A DNA stretch of 54,230 nucleotides from a virus (Duplodnaviria; Caudoviricetes): the IMG/VR virus record IMGVR_UViG_3300023179_000138, positions 1-54,230 of that record. One strand, given 5' to 3'. Position 1 is the first letter of the stretch; every line of letters begins with the position of its first letter. Shown piece by piece: positions 52,692-54,230 of the stretch. Made by a program: the position numbers and the translations under genes. The notes under the pieces were generated by a model. The model was not told the DNA's origin. It saw nothing but the letters and a program-made list of their open reading frames with translations, and made no database searches.

Positions 52692-54230
52692 TTATCTCCT
52701 GCGCTTATTTGATTTGCCGCTTAGGTAATCAAGCGGTGATTTGGCCGGCGGCGGCAAATCTTTAACATCAGTAGACCTAGCACGCTTTCTGATGTTATGC
52801 ATCATTTCGTACAGTTTATCAGAGCCCGCTTTGGTGGAACCATTGCCGAGAGCGGCAACTACGTCAGCAGGGAACACAAACTCACCGTCTGCCAGCATCG
52901 CCGGGATCTCGTCTGATTGGCCATCACCGATGCCCGTTACGGCATCACCCTTACGGTAGTCCACTCTGTGCTTACCGGCCGCCTCAACGATGTCTAGTGC
53001 CCCATGGGCGTTCTGTCCATAACGCGTGCCGCCTTGGGCCATCAGGGGCGCTGGCATACCGCCACTAGCCATCAAAGGCGTAGCCATGCCCCCACGCTTA
53101 AAGCTGGCAACAGTCCCAAAGTCAAACATAGAGTCGTTGACCGGCTTTGTAAGGCCCAGAACATCTTCAATGCTTTCTGACTGCCCATAGTTGAAGTAAC
53201 TAGAAGGCTTGGGGGCTTGAACTCGAGTTTGCTGCATACCTTGCTGTCCTTGTTGTTGAGCCCCCGGAGCTTGACTGGCGGCAACTTGTTTCAAAAATTG
53301 ATCAAGCGGGCTTGTAAATTTTGCTTCTCCACCAGTAAGTAGCGGGCTCAATGGAGTTGACGCTGGCTGAGCGACTGGGGGCGCATAGGAAGGCCCAGCC
53401 GCAACACTTTGAGCGGCAGATTGAAACTTTTGGTTTGCGGCGTCTTGCGCTGCTTTCTTTGCAGCATCGTCTACGGCTTTTTTCCGCGCCTCTTCGGCAG
53501 CAGAAGAGGCGTCCGCCTGTTCTTTCAAAATTCTGTTTTGCTCGGTAATAGCAGCAATCAACGCTTCATTAGTATTGGTATTAGTATTGGTATTAGTGTT
53601 TGTGTTGGTATTGGTATTGGTACCAGTATTAGTATTGGTGGTGGTAGTATCACCGGTATTAGTATTGGTATTAGTGTTGTTACCAGTATTGGTATTGGTT
53701 GTGGTACTTTCACCAGTATTGGTGTTTGTATTAGTGCTATTACCAGTATTAGTATTGGTGGTGGTAGTATCACCAGTATTAGTATTGGTATTAGTATTGT
53801 TGCCAGTATTAGTATTGGTTGTAGTACTTTCACCAGTATTGGTGTTTGTATTGGTATTGGTACCAGTATTGGTATTGGTGGTAGTGCTTTCACCAGTATT
53901 GGTATTAGTATTGGTGTTAGTGCCGGTATTAGTATTAGTGGTGGCAGTATCACCAGTATTAGTATTGGTATTAGTATTGTTGCCAGTATTAGTATTGGTT
54001 GTAGTACTTTCACCAGTATTGGTGTTTGTATTGGTATTGGTACCAGTATTGGTATTGGTGGTAGTGCTTTCACCAGTATTGGTATTAGTATTGGTGTTAG
54101 TGCCGGTATTAGTATTAGTGGTGGCAGTATCACCAGTATTAGTATTGGTATTAGTATTGTTGCCAGTATTAGTATTGGTTGTAGTACTTTCACCAGTATT
54201 GGTGTTTGTATTGGTATTGGTACCAGTATT
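52692..54230 (-). CDS. C-terminal part of the giant ejection protein
   Basis: The frame is open upstream of the track's start at 53561, through the TN repeats to 54230. It ends with 'GIGDGQSDEIPAMLADGEFVFPADVV'. Confidence 0.8.
   Translation of the reverse strand, partial: NTGTNTNTNTNTGESTTTNTNTGNNTNTNTNTGDTATTNTNTGTNTNTNTNTGESTTTNTNTGTNTNTNTNTGESTTTNTNTGNNTNTNTNTGDTATTNTNTGTNTNTNTNTGESTTTNTNTGTNTNTNTNTGESTTTNTNTGNNTNTNTNTGDTTTTNTNTGNSTNTNTNTGESTTTNTNTGNNTNTNTNTGDTTTTNTNTGTNTNTNTNTNTNTNTNTNEALIAAITEQNRILKEQADASSAAEEARKKAVDDAAKKAAQDAANQKFQSAAQSVAAGPSYAPPVAQPASTPLSPLLTGGEAKFTSPLDQFLKQVAASQAPGAQQQGQQGMQQTRVQAPKPSSYFNYGQSESIEDVLGLTKPVNDSMFDFGTVASFKRGGMATPLMASGGMPAPLMAQGGTRYGQNAHGALDIVEAAGKHRVDYRKGDAVTGIGDGQSDEIPAMLADGEFVFPADVVAALGNGSTKAGSDKLYEMMHNIRKRARSTDVKDLPPPAKSPLDYLSGKSNKRRR
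53568..54230 (-). repeat. Thr-Asn tandem repeat: 60-nt subunits with a 180-nt perfect period
   Basis: Lines 53821=54001, 53881=54061 and 53941=54121 are identical. Confidence 0.95.

Noticed and set aside
53558-54193. 211-aa Ile/Leu/Pro ORF, and the Val-rich plus-strand ORF at 97-408
   Set aside because: These are off-frame or antisense readings of the Thr/Asn repeat. The TN frame is continuous with the real gene.
53568-54230. Possible CRISPR array
   Set aside because: There are no unique spacers; it is a coding tandem repeat, and no cas operon is present.
1-54230. Stop-codon reassignment
   Set aside because: Core genes are intact in the standard code, and TAA, TGA and TAG all end genes at sensible boundaries.

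Overview
This window looks like a near-complete genome of a lytic, podovirus-like dsDNA tailed phage (~54 kb), probably from a freshwater Proteobacterial host (host is inferred). It appears to be broken inside a Thr/Asn tandem repeat. Most of the minus strand is virion morphogenesis: small and large terminase, two inserted cargo-like genes, portal, GroES-like co-chaperonin, scaffold, major capsid, adaptors, fibres, an embedded holin/M15 endolysin cassette, nozzle and ejection proteins. One ejection-type ORF of at least 2,100 aa, largely missed by the ORF track (only its last 289 aa are listed), spans the contig ends. The 35.8-48.5 kb region holds small early genes, an atypical tRNA-CAT, a C5 DNA methyltransferase with a nested alternative-frame gene, a metallophosphoesterase, Cro- and YdaU-like genes, an SSB-like gene, MazG and nucleases. 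I found no integrase, CI repressor, DNA polymerase, primase, helicase, reverse transcriptase or CRISPR array. The most striking unexplained signals are: (1) a nested A5-B5 repeat insertion in the nozzle protein; (2) a [YFML]-[AK]-x-G-G peptide tag shared by many late proteins and sitting at module boundaries; (3) a promoter-driven, heavily structured ~350-nt non-coding RNA with crossed helices; (4) three exact-length 50-bp early promoter cassettes. Family names come from recalled motifs, not database searches.
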